From assembly GCA_041576975.1 (NCBI GenBank), contig JBFGJY010000001.1, positions 58,772 through 122,771 on the forward strand: a stretch of DNA of 64,000 bases. The letters are read 5' to 3'. The notes beneath the pieces are model-generated. The model ran no database searches. It was not told where the DNA came from and saw nothing but the letters and a program-made list of their open reading frames with translations. The stretch is from Gammaproteobacteria bacterium (GTDB taxonomy: Bacteria; Pseudomonadota; Gammaproteobacteria; UBA4575). Position numbers and translations under genes: made by a program. The first letter of the stretch is position 1; each line of letters opens with the position of its first letter. Positions 39,897 through 49,803 of this stretch are shown here, piece by piece.

Positions 39897-40494
39897 GTTT
39901 TTCTTCTTTAGTATCTCGTGTTGCTAACATCATATCTTGTTTAGCAACAGCATTATTGTTAACGGAATTGCTGATATCAAAAAAAGTATAAGAGAGCGTT
40001 ACCGTTGTTACTCGATCAGGTAATGCTGGATTAATAACAAATACCACTGGCATTTCAAGAGACTCGCCGGCTTGTAATGTTTGATTTGTAAAACAAAAAC
40101 ATTCGGTCTTGATAAAGTGATTGGCAGCTGCAAATGGCACTACACTGGGTACGGCTTGGCCAGTGATGGCGTGATTTGATTTGTTACTAACGAAAAAACT
40201 AGTCTGGTATGGCTTGCCTGGATGAACTTCCATTTTTGTAATTACAGGTTTGAAATCCCACAACATGCCTTGATTAAGATTGGTGAGGAACTCAACTGTT
40301 ATTGTGCGTGTTGCATCTGTCTTAAAGTCTACTGATTGTTGTTCAGTAAAGGTCGACGATTTTCCATTTAAGCCAGTCAAATCACATAACATATCGTATA
40401 AAGGCACTAGCACATAACCAAAACCGAACATTGCAATTGCAAATATGCAAAGTTTAATAGCAATTTTCCTAGATGATGAATTGTTAACATCCAT
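39877..40494 (-). CDS. ctaG: Cytochrome c oxidase assembly protein CtaG/Cox11
   Basis: TM anchor followed by VPLYDMLCDLTGLNG and the copper motif CFCF; 205 aa. Confidence 0.92.
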   Translation of the reverse strand: MDVNNSSSRKIAIKLCIFAIAMFGFGYVLVPLYDMLCDLTGLNGKSSTFTEQQSVDFKTDATRTITVEFLTNLNQGMLWDFKPVITKMEVHPGKPYQTSFFVSNKSNHAITGQAVPSVVPFAAANHFIKTECFCFTNQTLQAGESLEMPVVFVINPALPDRVTTVTLSYTFFDISNSVNNNAVAKQDMMLATRDTKEEKHGTYRK

Positions 40495-40519
40495 ATAAAA
40501 TTACTCTTACTGTGGTCGC

Positions 40520-40630
40520 TTATTTACTTGCCACTAGAAAATAGAAACCAATATAAATGACAAGTGCAATACAGGCGAGCAAAATCGCCGTACGTTTAGC
40601 TCCTCGTTTTTGTTGTTTCAATGTGCTCAT
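40520..40630 (-). CDS. Small single-TM protein, candidate cytochrome oxidase small assembly protein
   Basis: Hand-translated; too short for the ORF track. MSTLKQQKRGAKRTAILLACIALVIYIGFYFLVASK has a basic N-terminus and one TM helix. Its ATG lies inside the last 35 nt of coxA, out of frame, and it ends 25 nt before the ctaG start. Confidence 0.5.
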   Translation of the reverse strand: MSTLKQQKRGAKRTAILLACIALVIYIGFYFLVASK

Positions 40631-42221
40631 GTGTAAACCAGTTCCATTCTCCTATAACATTAGGGGGCGTGGTAAAGCTGTGGTACGGCGCGGGGGATGG
40701 TAAAGTCCACTCCAAGCCTTCTGCGCCTTCCCAAACTCGATCTGTAGCTTTGGCTCCACCGCGTATGGTTTGAACAACTAGCCATAAGAATAGAAGCTGC
40801 GCAAAGCCAAACCCAAATGCGCCGATTGTAGCGATTTGGTTATAGTCCGAAAACTGTAATGCATAATCAGGTATGCGCCTTGGCATGCCTGCCAACCCAA
40901 CAAAATGCATGGGAAAGAAGGTAACGTTTACAAAAATTGTAGATAACCAGAAGTGAGTTTTGCCTAACTTCTCGTTATACATGTGGCCCGTCCATTTAGG
41001 TAGCCAATAGTACACCGCTGCAATAATGGCAAAAATAGAACCGGGAACGAGAACATAGTGAAAGTGTGCAACAACAAAATAAGTGTCGTGATACTGAAAG
41101 TCTGCTGGGGTAATAGCTAGCATTAAGCCTGAAAATCCACCGATGGTGAACAAAATTATAAATCCAATAGCAAATAACATTGGAGTTTCAAATGTCATGG
41201 CACCTTTCCACATCGTGGAAACCCAGTTAAAGACTTTCACACCGGTAGGCACAGCGATCAGCATAGTAGCAAACATAAAAAATAATTCGCCTGCTAATGG
41301 CATGCCCACAGTGAACATGTGATGCGCCCATACAATAAAGGAGAGAAATGCAATTGATGCAGTCGCATACACCATAGATGAATAACCAAATAATGGTTTA
41401 CGTGCAAAGGTTGGAATAATGCTAGAAACCACACCAAAGGATGGCAAAATTAAGATGTACACCTCTGGGTGGCCAAAAAACCAGAAAATGTGTTGAAATA
41501 AAACGGGATCACCGCCGCCCGCAGCATTAAAAAAACTAGTGCCAAAAAATTTATCGGTAAGCAGCATAGTGACACCGCCTGCGAGCACCGGCATTACGGC
41601 GATTAACAAATAAGCTGTGATGAGCCAGGTCCATACAAACAATGGCATCTTCATCAACGTCATGCCGGGTGCACGCATATTCAAAATGGTCGCAATAACA
41701 TTAATGGCGCCCATAATGGAAGACATACCCATAAAATGAATTGAGAAAATTACAAATGGCAAGGCATTACCCGTTTGTAAGGTAAGTGGCGGATATAGTG
41801 TCCAACCTCCTGCAGGACCACCCCCATCCATGAATAGTGTGGATAACATCATGGTAAAAGCAAATGGCAGTATCCAAAAACTCCAATTATTCAGACGTGG
41901 CAGGGCCATATCCGTACCGCCAATCATCATGGGGATCAACCAATTTGCTAAACCCGTAAAGGCTGGCATTACAACGCCAAAGATCATCACGATGGCGTGC
42001 ATTGTGGTCATTGAATTGAAAAATTGTGGATCTACAAATTGCAACCCGGGTTGAAATAATTCGGTGCGTATAATTAACGCCATCAAACCGCCAATGAAAA
42101 ACATAATAAAAGAGAACCACAAATAAAGAGTGCCAATGTCTTTATGATTTGTAGTGGTAATCCAGCGCATGATGCCGGATGGATGTTCTTCGTGGTGTTC
42201 CTCAGCTGCCACAGTTGACAT
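40596..42221 (-). CDS. ctaD: Cytochrome c oxidase subunit I
   Basis: 541 aa with heme-copper oxidase motifs (WFFGHPEVYILILP, HHMF, VAHFHYV). Confidence 0.97.
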   Translation of the reverse strand: MSTVAAEEHHEEHPSGIMRWITTTNHKDIGTLYLWFSFIMFFIGGLMALIIRTELFQPGLQFVDPQFFNSMTTMHAIVMIFGVVMPAFTGLANWLIPMMIGGTDMALPRLNNWSFWILPFAFTMMLSTLFMDGGGPAGGWTLYPPLTLQTGNALPFVIFSIHFMGMSSIMGAINVIATILNMRAPGMTLMKMPLFVWTWLITAYLLIAVMPVLAGGVTMLLTDKFFGTSFFNAAGGGDPVLFQHIFWFFGHPEVYILILPSFGVVSSIIPTFARKPLFGYSSMVYATASIAFLSFIVWAHHMFTVGMPLAGELFFMFATMLIAVPTGVKVFNWVSTMWKGAMTFETPMLFAIGFIILFTIGGFSGLMLAITPADFQYHDTYFVVAHFHYVLVPGSIFAIIAAVYYWLPKWTGHMYNEKLGKTHFWLSTIFVNVTFFPMHFVGLAGMPRRIPDYALQFSDYNQIATIGAFGFGFAQLLFLWLVVQTIRGGAKATDRVWEGAEGLEWTLPSPAPYHSFTTPPNVIGEWNWFTHEHIETTKTRS

Positions 42222-42255
42222 AATTCTTGCTCCTACACATATTTAACTAAATTAA

Positions 42256-43092
42256 TTAATATGCCAAAATTTTCTTTTCATTTTGAATTGCAGCAAAACT
42301 TTTATTTGTATTTTGATCTGCAACCCATTGGTCAAACTCTTCAGGTTCTATTGCACGAACAACCACTGGCATAAAACCATGATCACGCCCGCACAGTTCA
42401 GCACACTGGCCACGATAGACACCGGGCGTATTGATCTTGGTCCAAACTTGGTTGATATATCCAGGTATTGCATCTTTTTTAATAGCTAAATCTGGTACCC
42501 ACCAGGCATGCAGAACATCATTTGAGGTAATTAAAATTCGCACCTTACGGTCAGTGGGAAGCACTAGCTCATTATCAACCTCAAGCAAATAATTAGGATT
42601 CTTGCCTTTATTATTATGAATCTCATCTCGTGAAGTTTTGAGCACGCTATAAAAGTCGACGTTATGATCAATATACTCATATCGCCACATCCATTGATAG
42701 CCCGTAACTTTTACTGTCATCTCCGCTTTACTGGTATCTTCCATAGCAATAAGCACTTGTGCTGCTGGAATAGCAATGACTATTAAAATTACAAAAGGTG
42801 CTGCGGTCCATAAAAATTCTAAGGATACGCTTTCGTGAAACTGTGCTGGCTTATGCCCTTTAGATTTTCGATGCTTAATAATGGAATAAAACATTACGGC
42901 AAATACAATTACACCAATAACGCAACAAATGTAAAAAGTAAGCATGTGTAAATTAAATACACGATGGCTAATATCGGTAACACCTTCTGTCATGTTGTAT
43001 GGTTGAATTGACCATACTAATTGTGAAATAGAAAAAATAAGTGCTGCAGATAAATACTGACTTATAAGCTTAAACCACTTAGTTTGTTTCAT
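42256..43092 (-). CDS. coxB: Cytochrome c oxidase subunit II
   Basis: Two TM helices plus the CuA site (H...CAELCGRDHGFM). 278 aa; no fused CxxCH cytochrome c domain. Confidence 0.95.
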   Translation of the reverse strand: MKQTKWFKLISQYLSAALIFSISQLVWSIQPYNMTEGVTDISHRVFNLHMLTFYICCVIGVIVFAVMFYSIIKHRKSKGHKPAQFHESVSLEFLWTAAPFVILIVIAIPAAQVLIAMEDTSKAEMTVKVTGYQWMWRYEYIDHNVDFYSVLKTSRDEIHNNKGKNPNYLLEVDNELVLPTDRKVRILITSNDVLHAWWVPDLAIKKDAIPGYINQVWTKINTPGVYRGQCAELCGRDHGFMPVVVRAIEPEEFDQWVADQNTNKSFAAIQNEKKILAY

Positions 43093-43114
43093 ACTTAATC
43101 CTTATTGCTATACT

Positions 43115-43600
43115 CTAACTATAAATTAGCGATTTTTGTAACACTGCAACTAAAGACTGCGCCAAACGTTTTCGTTCTTTATTCGTCAAGCACTTGCCAA
43201 TTTCAATTTGTCTTCCCTTTGAACGAATAAGCAATTGGCTAGGATGTCCATAGTATGTTGATTTTTTTAGCTCTAGCTGAAGCCAAGCACGTTCGAATTG
43301 CCAACGTTGATTTGGCTTATTTCTACCTGTCTCAATGAATAATTTTTCATCATCTATAGTGATAACCTCGCGATCACGGCAACGCAAGCAACAAACATAT
43401 AAACCAAAAGCCAAAGCTAAAATTTCAAGCCCCGCAAATGGCAGAATCAACCACATACCTTGCAGAGCAAATATACTCGCAATGCCCAGCGGCAGAATTG
43501 CTATGTAAATGATAAATATTTTATTACCATGCCAGGATAGCGATTGATTATGCTGCACAACAAATTGAGTAGTTGCAATGAGTTCGGGAGTATTCGTCAA
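43115..43600 (-). CDS. DUF2244-type integral membrane protein (first gene of the cox operon)
   Basis: 161 aa with two TM helices followed by a soluble domain. It occupies the position directly upstream of coxB that this family takes in proteobacterial cox clusters. Confidence 0.6.
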   Translation of the reverse strand: MTNTPELIATTQFVVQHNQSLSWHGNKIFIIYIAILPLGIASIFALQGMWLILPFAGLEILALAFGLYVCCLRCRDREVITIDDEKLFIETGRNKPNQRWQFERAWLQLELKKSTYYGHPSQLLIRSKGRQIEIGKCLTNKERKRLAQSLVAVLQKSLIYS

Positions 43601-43785
43601 GAGTAAGATCCTTATATAATTGTCGTAAGACTATCCTGATACAATTATTATATATTAAGCATCAATTGCAATCTTAATTGTATTCCTCAATCAGTAAAAA
43701 ATGATGTTTGTACCGCTAATCAATAGTGATAGTTGTACTGGGCAAATCCATATCATTTTAATGGGCATTAATATCAATTATAGAT

Positions 43786-44664
43786 CTATATTTTTTTAAT
43801 ATTGCTTACAGGTATCCTAACCTCTCCACCTTCTTCACTACTGCCACTATCAGCTAACTTGCGTGCATAGCCATAGATGACCTCATAGCTTGCCGGAAGT
43901 GAGCCATTTTCTTGACGATATTCCTCATAGGCCTGTTCTAAGCATTGATATTTTTCTTTACTCATTAAGCCTGATGAAATTGTTGACACTGAAGCATTAA
44001 ATTTCCCTCGACTGCCAGTATCTTTTAAATCCTGTAGTAACTGTCGCAATGATTGATACTGAATTTTTATTATCTCCATATCGACCACAGGATCCGCAAA
44101 TTTTGCTGCAAGCAACATATCCCCAATATGATGCATATCAATAAACTCATGCACATGCTCACAATTATCTACTTGCGCCCAACTATTGCGTAATTCCTGC
44201 AGAGTATCAGGACCAAATGTGGAAAAAATTAACACGCCGTTGGAACACAATACACGCTCGCATTCTGAGAAAAGCTGATTTAGATCCGTGCACCATTGAA
44301 AGGTAGAAGTAGAAAAAATTAGATCGACTGACTGATCAGCGAAAGGCAGCTGTTCTGCATCATTACAAACTAGTTTGTCTGTATGTGAGATCGCTAGATG
44401 CTGACGGCAGTAGATCAACATTGGTAAAGCAATATCACATGCAAAAATGGAGCTATTAGGGAAACGCGATTGTAGCCCCTTTAAACTACGCCCCGTGCCC
44501 GTTCCAATATCTAATATTGAGGCAGGTTGTAACTTCAACATTTCCACTCGCTCAAGAGTACGGTCACAGATTGCGTGTTGTGCTACAGCAGCCGCATCAT
44601 AACCGCTTGCAGCCAGTGAAAAGTCATCGCGTAGACGTTGTTTGTTGATCTTTGAATCAATCAT
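43786..44664 (-). CDS. bioC: Malonyl-[ACP] O-methyltransferase
   Basis: SAM motif ILDIGTGTG and the N-terminal F..AA..YD..A..Q pattern. ATGA-type overlap with bioH. Confidence 0.85.
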   Translation of the reverse strand: MIDSKINKQRLRDDFSLAASGYDAAAVAQHAICDRTLERVEMLKLQPASILDIGTGTGRSLKGLQSRFPNSSIFACDIALPMLIYCRQHLAISHTDKLVCNDAEQLPFADQSVDLIFSTSTFQWCTDLNQLFSECERVLCSNGVLIFSTFGPDTLQELRNSWAQVDNCEHVHEFIDMHHIGDMLLAAKFADPVVDMEIIKIQYQSLRQLLQDLKDTGSRGKFNASVSTISSGLMSKEKYQCLEQAYEEYRQENGSLPASYEVIYGYARKLADSGSSEEGGEVRIPVSNIKKI

Positions 44665-45431
44665 TCTTGCTTAATGCCACTATTAATACGTTGTAAAAAA
44701 TAATTCGAATGTGAAATAAATGGGGCATGTCCTGCATTCGCTATTTGTTCTAGTTTGGTATTTTTCCATATGACAACCGTCTGCTTTGCTGCATTAATCG
44801 ATGATACTTGATCGTTCTCGCCATGCAGCAGTTCGATATGTAAAGAATTGAGGGTTGTGTCGTCACGTAAATCTATATCATTCAACCATTGCAGTCCCCA
44901 TTGAATTTTTTCTATATGCTTTTGCTGATCAGATAATGCGCCTTTTAATAAAGATAGGGTTTGCCGGGCTGCTTTGGCATTTAAAACTTGTAATGCGCAA
45001 AAATTTTGTAGCGATTGTTGTGGAGTTTTTTTGAATTGTTGAGAAAATTCTGTAAACGTGTTTTCGTGCATACCATGTGGCCATTGCGTGCTGGCTATAA
45101 ACTTTGGAGTGCTCGCAATTAACATTAGTTTAGCTACGCGCTCTGGGAACTGTTTAGCAAATAACTGCGCAAGCAAACCACCCAATGACCAACCAACAAT
45201 TGAACAAGTTTGCGGTAAGGATTGTGCTAACAATTCCAAGCCTTGCTCGATACTACAATCCCACTTTACTGCATGACTTTCACCATGTCCTGGAAGATCT
45301 ACACACCAAACACGAAACTTTGGCCTAAGTTTATCTACACATGTTTGCCATATTTTCGAACTCGAACCCCATCCATGTAACAATACAAGGTTAGGACCTT
45401 TGCCAAATTTTGAGATATGTAATTTCGACAC
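44661..45431 (-). CDS. bioH: Pimeloyl-[ACP] methyl ester carboxylesterase
   Basis: LVLLHGWGSS, nucleophile elbow GWSLGG and GHAPF; 256 aa. GTG start (cac at 45429..45431). Confidence 0.85.
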   Translation of the reverse strand: MSKLHISKFGKGPNLVLLHGWGSSSKIWQTCVDKLRPKFRVWCVDLPGHGESHAVKWDCSIEQGLELLAQSLPQTCSIVGWSLGGLLAQLFAKQFPERVAKLMLIASTPKFIASTQWPHGMHENTFTEFSQQFKKTPQQSLQNFCALQVLNAKAARQTLSLLKGALSDQQKHIEKIQWGLQWLNDIDLRDDTTLNSLHIELLHGENDQVSSINAAKQTVVIWKNTKLEQIANAGHAPFISHSNYFLQRINSGIKQE

Positions 45432-45432
45432 A

Positions 45433-46038
45433 ATGAATTTTTTGGACGCTATTGCATTTCAAATTTTACTAGTTATCGCAGCCTATTTGCTTGGTTCAAT
45501 TAATAGCGCAATTTTAGTGACCCAATCTATGGGCTTACCCGACCCTCGTAAGGTAGGCTCCGGCAATCCTGGTGCAACAAACGTGTTACGCACAGGCAAT
45601 AAATTTGCTGCGGCTGTTACCTTGATGGGCGACCTACTAAAAGGCTTTATTCCAGTTGTAATCACAGCAGTTTTAATTGGAGACGAGCGCCTGGTTATTA
45701 TAGTTGGCTTAGCTGCACTACTGGGACATATGTATCCGATCTATTATCGCTTTAAAGGTGGCAAGGGCGTGGCAACACTACTAGGGGTGTTACTAGGATT
45801 AGAATGGATATTAGGTATGCAATGGATAGTAGTTTGGATAACTGTGGCTTTGATCTTCCGCTATTCATCATTAGCAGCATTAACGGCAACTTTTATTACA
45901 CTATGCGGCTCATGGGTTTGGCTTATGGATAAATGGATACCAGGAGTACTGACAATAATCACTGTATTAATCTTTTGGCAACATCGCAGCAATATTAGTA
46001 ATTTACTCTCGGGTAATGAATCAAAGCTAAGAAAATAA
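45433..46038 (+). CDS. plsY: Glycerol-3-phosphate acyltransferase PlsY
   Basis: AYLLGSINSAILV, GSGNPGATNV and FKGGKGVAT motifs. The ATG at 45433 is preferred over the track's TTG at 45400. Confidence 0.92.
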   Translation: MNFLDAIAFQILLVIAAYLLGSINSAILVTQSMGLPDPRKVGSGNPGATNVLRTGNKFAAAVTLMGDLLKGFIPVVITAVLIGDERLVIIVGLAALLGHMYPIYYRFKGGKGVATLLGVLLGLEWILGMQWIVVWITVALIFRYSSLAALTATFITLCGSWVWLMDKWIPGVLTIITVLIFWQHRSNISNLLSGNESKLRK

Positions 46039-46051
46039 ATAATTACTGGTC

Positions 46052-47062
46052 TTAAATGTTTTCTAAAGACCAGCGTGGTTGCACAAAAATTTGCAGTGGT
46101 TCACAGTAACCACTTTGCAAACGCAACAAGCCGAGCTGTGCGACCATGGCTGCGTTATCTGTACAATATTCTGGAGCAGGATAAAACACTTTGACGTTTT
46201 GTTTTTCAAGTCGTTGTTTCAATTGCTTGCGCAATTTTTGATTTGCGCCTACTCCACCAGCAACTACCAAGGCTTTAGCTCGTGTGGCTTCAATTGCACG
46301 AATTGACTTAATCGTCAGCGTATCTACCACAGCATCTTCAAATGCACGTGCGATGTCTGCACGAACTTGATCATCAATCTCAGCCAGATTTTTGAGGGTG
46401 TGGAGTACATGGGTCTTTAAACCACTAAAACTAAAGTCCAATCCAGGGCGATCGAGCATGGGTCTTGGGAAGTTGAATCGATCTGGATTACCACGCAATG
46501 CCCATTGCGCAATTTGTGGCCCACCTGGATATTTAAGACCCAACATTTGTGCGACTTTATCAAAAGCCTCCCCTACCGCGTCATCAATGCTCTCTCCTAG
46601 TATCTTATATTTACCAACCGCAGCTACTTGAACTAATAAAGTATGACCCCCAGAAACGAGTAAAGCTAAATAAGGGTATTCCGGCGCAACATCTTCAAGC
46701 AGCGGGGCGAGTAAATGTGCCTCCATGTGATGCACTGCAATCGCTGGCTTGCCAGTTGCCCATGCCAAACTACGCGCTAAGCTGGCGCCGACTAATAAGG
46801 CACCTATTAATCCAGGGCCTGATGTATAGGCAACGGCATCTAAATTACCAAATGAGAAAATCTTAGCCGCAGCCATGGCTTCTAGAATCAGTGGGCCAAG
46901 CTTGCGAATATGATCACGTGATGCCAGCTCGGGCACTATCCCTCCGTATTCATTATGCAGTGCGGTTTGTGAATAAATATAATTAGCTAATAATCCTTGT
47001 TTATCACATATGATCGCAACTGCGGTCTCATCACATGAAGTCTCAATTCCTAGTACTCGCAT
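46052..47062 (-). CDS. tsaD: tRNA N6-adenosine threonylcarbamoyltransferase
   Basis: [14 protein letters not shown]-terminus (internal Met of the track ORF, start at 47062) and the HHMEAHL and VSGGHT motifs. Confidence 0.95.
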   Translation of the reverse strand: MRVLGIETSCDETAVAIICDKQGLLANYIYSQTALHNEYGGIVPELASRDHIRKLGPLILEAMAAAKIFSFGNLDAVAYTSGPGLIGALLVGASLARSLAWATGKPAIAVHHMEAHLLAPLLEDVAPEYPYLALLVSGGHTLLVQVAAVGKYKILGESIDDAVGEAFDKVAQMLGLKYPGGPQIAQWALRGNPDRFNFPRPMLDRPGLDFSFSGLKTHVLHTLKNLAEIDDQVRADIARAFEDAVVDTLTIKSIRAIEATRAKALVVAGGVGANQKLRKQLKQRLEKQNVKVFYPAPEYCTDNAAMVAQLGLLRLQSGYCEPLQIFVQPRWSLENI

Positions 47063-47157
47063 GTAAGCATTATCACGTGATTTGCATAAGTGCGCAGCCT
47101 CGCACGTATATATGTTGTGCATTTATGAGCTTTTATACGCTTTGTGGGGCTAGACAT

Positions 47158-47185
47158 TTGAATTATGGGGACCTGTCGGTATAAT
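47158..47185 (+). promoter_or_regulatory. Sigma-70-like promoter candidate for rpsU
   Basis: TTGAAT (47158..47163), a 16-nt spacer, then TATAAT (47180..47185). Lies 48 nt upstream of the rpsU ATG. Confidence 0.45.
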
Positions 47186-47233
47186 CGCGGCTCATTTTCA
47201 TTTGAACAATAAACTCATAAGTATCGTATTTAT

Positions 47234-47449
47234 ATGCCCGGTGTACGTGTAAAAGAAAACGAGCCCTTTGATTTCGCCTTACGGCGTTTTCGTCGATCCT
47301 GTGAAAAGGCAGGTACAATCACAGAAGTGCGCCGACGTGAATTTTACGAAAAACCAACTGAAATTCGAAAACGAAAAGCTGCGGCAGCTGTAAAGCGTAA
47401 TCTTAAACGTGTAGCTCGCACTAGTTTACGTCGTCGTCGTTTATATTAA
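47234..47449 (+). CDS. rpsU: 30S ribosomal protein S21
   Basis: [24 protein letters not shown]...[11 protein letters not shown]; 71 aa. Confidence 0.97.
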   Translation: MPGVRVKENEPFDFALRRFRRSCEKAGTITEVRRREFYEKPTEIRKRKAAAAVKRNLKRVARTSLRRRRLY

Positions 47450-47471
47450 GTACAATCTTTAACACCGTCTG

Positions 47472-47921
47472 GTGTCTGCACTTAAATCCAAGCTTACCGA
47501 AGACATGAAGTCTGCAATGCGTGGCGGTGAGAAATCACGCCTGCAAACAATTCGGTTGATACTTGCGGCCATTAAGCAACAGGAAGTGGATACGCGCAAA
47601 GAACTCACTGATGAAGACATAATTATTGTATTAACAAAAATGCAAAAACAACGACGTGAGTCCATTACACAATTCGAGAAAGCAAATCGTCAAGACCTAA
47701 TCGATAAAGAAACAGCAGAAATGAAGCTTATTGATGAATATTTACCTGAAGCGCTCAGCGAAGCTGAGATAGAAAAATTAATTGCGGAAGCCTTGTCAAC
47801 ATCAGGCGCTTCAAGTATCAAAGACATGGGCAAGGTGATGGCAATCCTCAAACCAAAAATTTCAGGTAGAGCTGACATGGGAGCAATCAGCGCTAAAATT
47901 AAAACTGTACTAAGTTCCTAG
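47472..47921 (+). CDS. GatB/YqeY domain-containing protein
   Basis: 149 aa, GTG start. L..D.K.AM....K.RL...R pattern and the conserved position after rpsU. Confidence 0.85.
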   Translation: MSALKSKLTEDMKSAMRGGEKSRLQTIRLILAAIKQQEVDTRKELTDEDIIIVLTKMQKQRRESITQFEKANRQDLIDKETAEMKLIDEYLPEALSEAEIEKLIAEALSTSGASSIKDMGKVMAILKPKISGRADMGAISAKIKTVLSS

Positions 47922-48015
47922 CATCTATGGGATCCATTAGCGCAAAGATCAAATTCGCGTTTTATTCGTAGCTTATCCATAGTTTCTGTCTACAACATCT
48001 ATTAAACAGACGCCC

Positions 48016-49077
48016 ATGTCCTCTTTACAAAATGACCTTTTTATACGCGCACTGTTGAGACAACCCGTTGAGCGCACACCCATCTGGATCATGCGTCAAG
48101 CCGGTCGCTACTTACCCGAATATCGCGCCGCACGAAAACGCGCAGGAGATTTTTTAACCCTGTGCAAAACACCAGAGCTTGCATGTGAAGTGACATTACA
48201 ACCAATTGACCGTTTCGGTTTCGATGCGGCTATTCTGTTTTCTGACATCTTAACCATTCCTGATGCAATGGGTTTAGGTTTGCAATTTAGTGAAGGTGAG
48301 GGACCGAAATTTACTAATCCCATTACCAATATAAACGATGTAAACCGCATCGCTGAACTTGAGCCAATCAATGAACTTGAATATGTAATGGATGCCGTGC
48401 GCCTTATAAAAAATGAGCTAAACGGACGTGTTCCTTTGATTGGATTTTCTGGAAGCCCATGGACACTCGCAACCTATATGGTTGAAGGCCAAACAAGTAG
48501 AGAGTTTCGAAAAATAAAAACTATGGTCTATAAAGAACCTCAAATGCTTGAACGCTTGCTTGAAATTTTAAGTAAAGCGGTAACCGCTTATTTATCTGCA
48601 CAGATTGCGGCTGGCGCGGAAGCGGTAATGGTATTTGACACCTGGGGAGGCGTGCTGTCACGTGAAGCATATCTTAAATTTTCATTAGCACACATGCGGC
48701 GAATTGTGGAAAAACTTCTACACCTTCAAAATGATGTTAAAGTTCCGATAATTTTATTTACTAAAGGTGGAGGAAATTGGCTAGCTGATATTGCAGCAAC
48801 AGGGTGTCATGCGGTAGGTTTAGATTGGACCACTGAAATTGATCAAGCGCGTTCTCTAGTGGGCGACAAAGTTGCTCTGCAGGGTAATTTAGACCCAAGT
48901 GTCTTATATGGTTCGGATGACGTGATTCGAACTGAGGTAAAAAAGGTCTTAGAAAAATATGGCAATGGTAATGGCCATGTCTTTAACTTGGGACATGGCA
49001 TACAACAGTATGTTGACCCAAATAAAGTCACTGTTTTAGTCGACGCAGTAAGAGAATTAAGTCCGGCCTATCACTAG
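48016..49077 (+). CDS. hemE: Uroporphyrinogen decarboxylase
   Basis: [16 protein letters not shown] motif and [12 protein letters not shown]; 353 aa. Confidence 0.96.
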   Translation: MSSLQNDLFIRALLRQPVERTPIWIMRQAGRYLPEYRAARKRAGDFLTLCKTPELACEVTLQPIDRFGFDAAILFSDILTIPDAMGLGLQFSEGEGPKFTNPITNINDVNRIAELEPINELEYVMDAVRLIKNELNGRVPLIGFSGSPWTLATYMVEGQTSREFRKIKTMVYKEPQMLERLLEILSKAVTAYLSAQIAAGAEAVMVFDTWGGVLSREAYLKFSLAHMRRIVEKLLHLQNDVKVPIILFTKGGGNWLADIAATGCHAVGLDWTTEIDQARSLVGDKVALQGNLDPSVLYGSDDVIRTEVKKVLEKYGNGNGHVFNLGHGIQQYVDPNKVTVLVDAVRELSPAYH

Positions 49078-49187
49078 AACCGATCTCAAAATGCATCCAG
49101 CGCGCTGATACTGCATTGCGGATTCACTATCGTTAAAATCTGTTCCTCAGAAAGTTCTGACGCCTTATCTATGCACACTATTTATTA

Positions 49188-49799
49188 TTATGAGCTAGGT
49201 TTTTTTGTTTGCCTAATTAGGTTCGTCAGCGCTTTTATACACATTCTTTGCATACTGCGGTTTTGGCTTTTACTCTTAGGATGTTGGTGTTGCTGACGCA
49301 ATGTAAATATTGTTACTGCTAAATCACAGTCTTGATAGCAAAATATTAAAGTGGGTAAATAGATAAAATTATTACTCAGTTTAAAGCGCCGTTCTTCAAC
49401 TCTTGAATCTATATCTTGCTGTTGTAAAACCTCAACTACTTCCTCTATTGCATCACAATAGACATGGATACTAATTGGTGTACTTGCATTTGCCGTACCA
49501 TCTAAAACAGGACCAACTAAATAAGGAGAAAATTCCGTTAGCCAATGCATTATGGTTAGTGCAATACTGCGCAATTCTTTCAGTATTGCATCATGATTAA
49601 GCAAAAATGTATTGTGAAAGGATGAAATTGCACGCTCAATTTCGAAGTTACTAGGCAAAGATCCATAATGTGAATTACCTATGCGTTCACATGCTTTGCG
49701 TTTAGCATGTTGATAGTCTCGTATCCCTTCGGTTGCAATAATTTTTGCAGCTTCTTGTGCAAGCACCTCACGAAGCCGATCATGTTTTCTAACAGCCAC
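49188..49799 (-). CDS. Hypothetical protein (203 aa), probably co-transcribed with mrcA
   Basis: Long ORF that starts 4 nt after the mrcA stop. No family is recognisable by eye. The segment VGPVLDGTANASTPISIHVY loosely resembles a degenerate minimal-nucleotidyltransferase G-S/D motif. Confidence 0.5.
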   Translation of the reverse strand: MAVRKHDRLREVLAQEAAKIIATEGIRDYQHAKRKACERIGNSHYGSLPSNFEIERAISSFHNTFLLNHDAILKELRSIALTIMHWLTEFSPYLVGPVLDGTANASTPISIHVYCDAIEEVVEVLQQQDIDSRVEERRFKLSNNFIYLPTLIFCYQDCDLAVTIFTLRQQHQHPKSKSQNRSMQRMCIKALTNLIRQTKKPSS

Positions 49800-49803
49800 A
49801 GTA

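Noticed and set aside
43618-43660. 8-bp inverted repeat ATAATTGT-N17-ACAATTAT upstream of the cox operon as a candidate operator
   Set aside because: It is very AT-rich sequence in an AT-rich spacer, so short palindromes of this kind are expected by chance. It does not resemble FNR/ANR or other known boxes.
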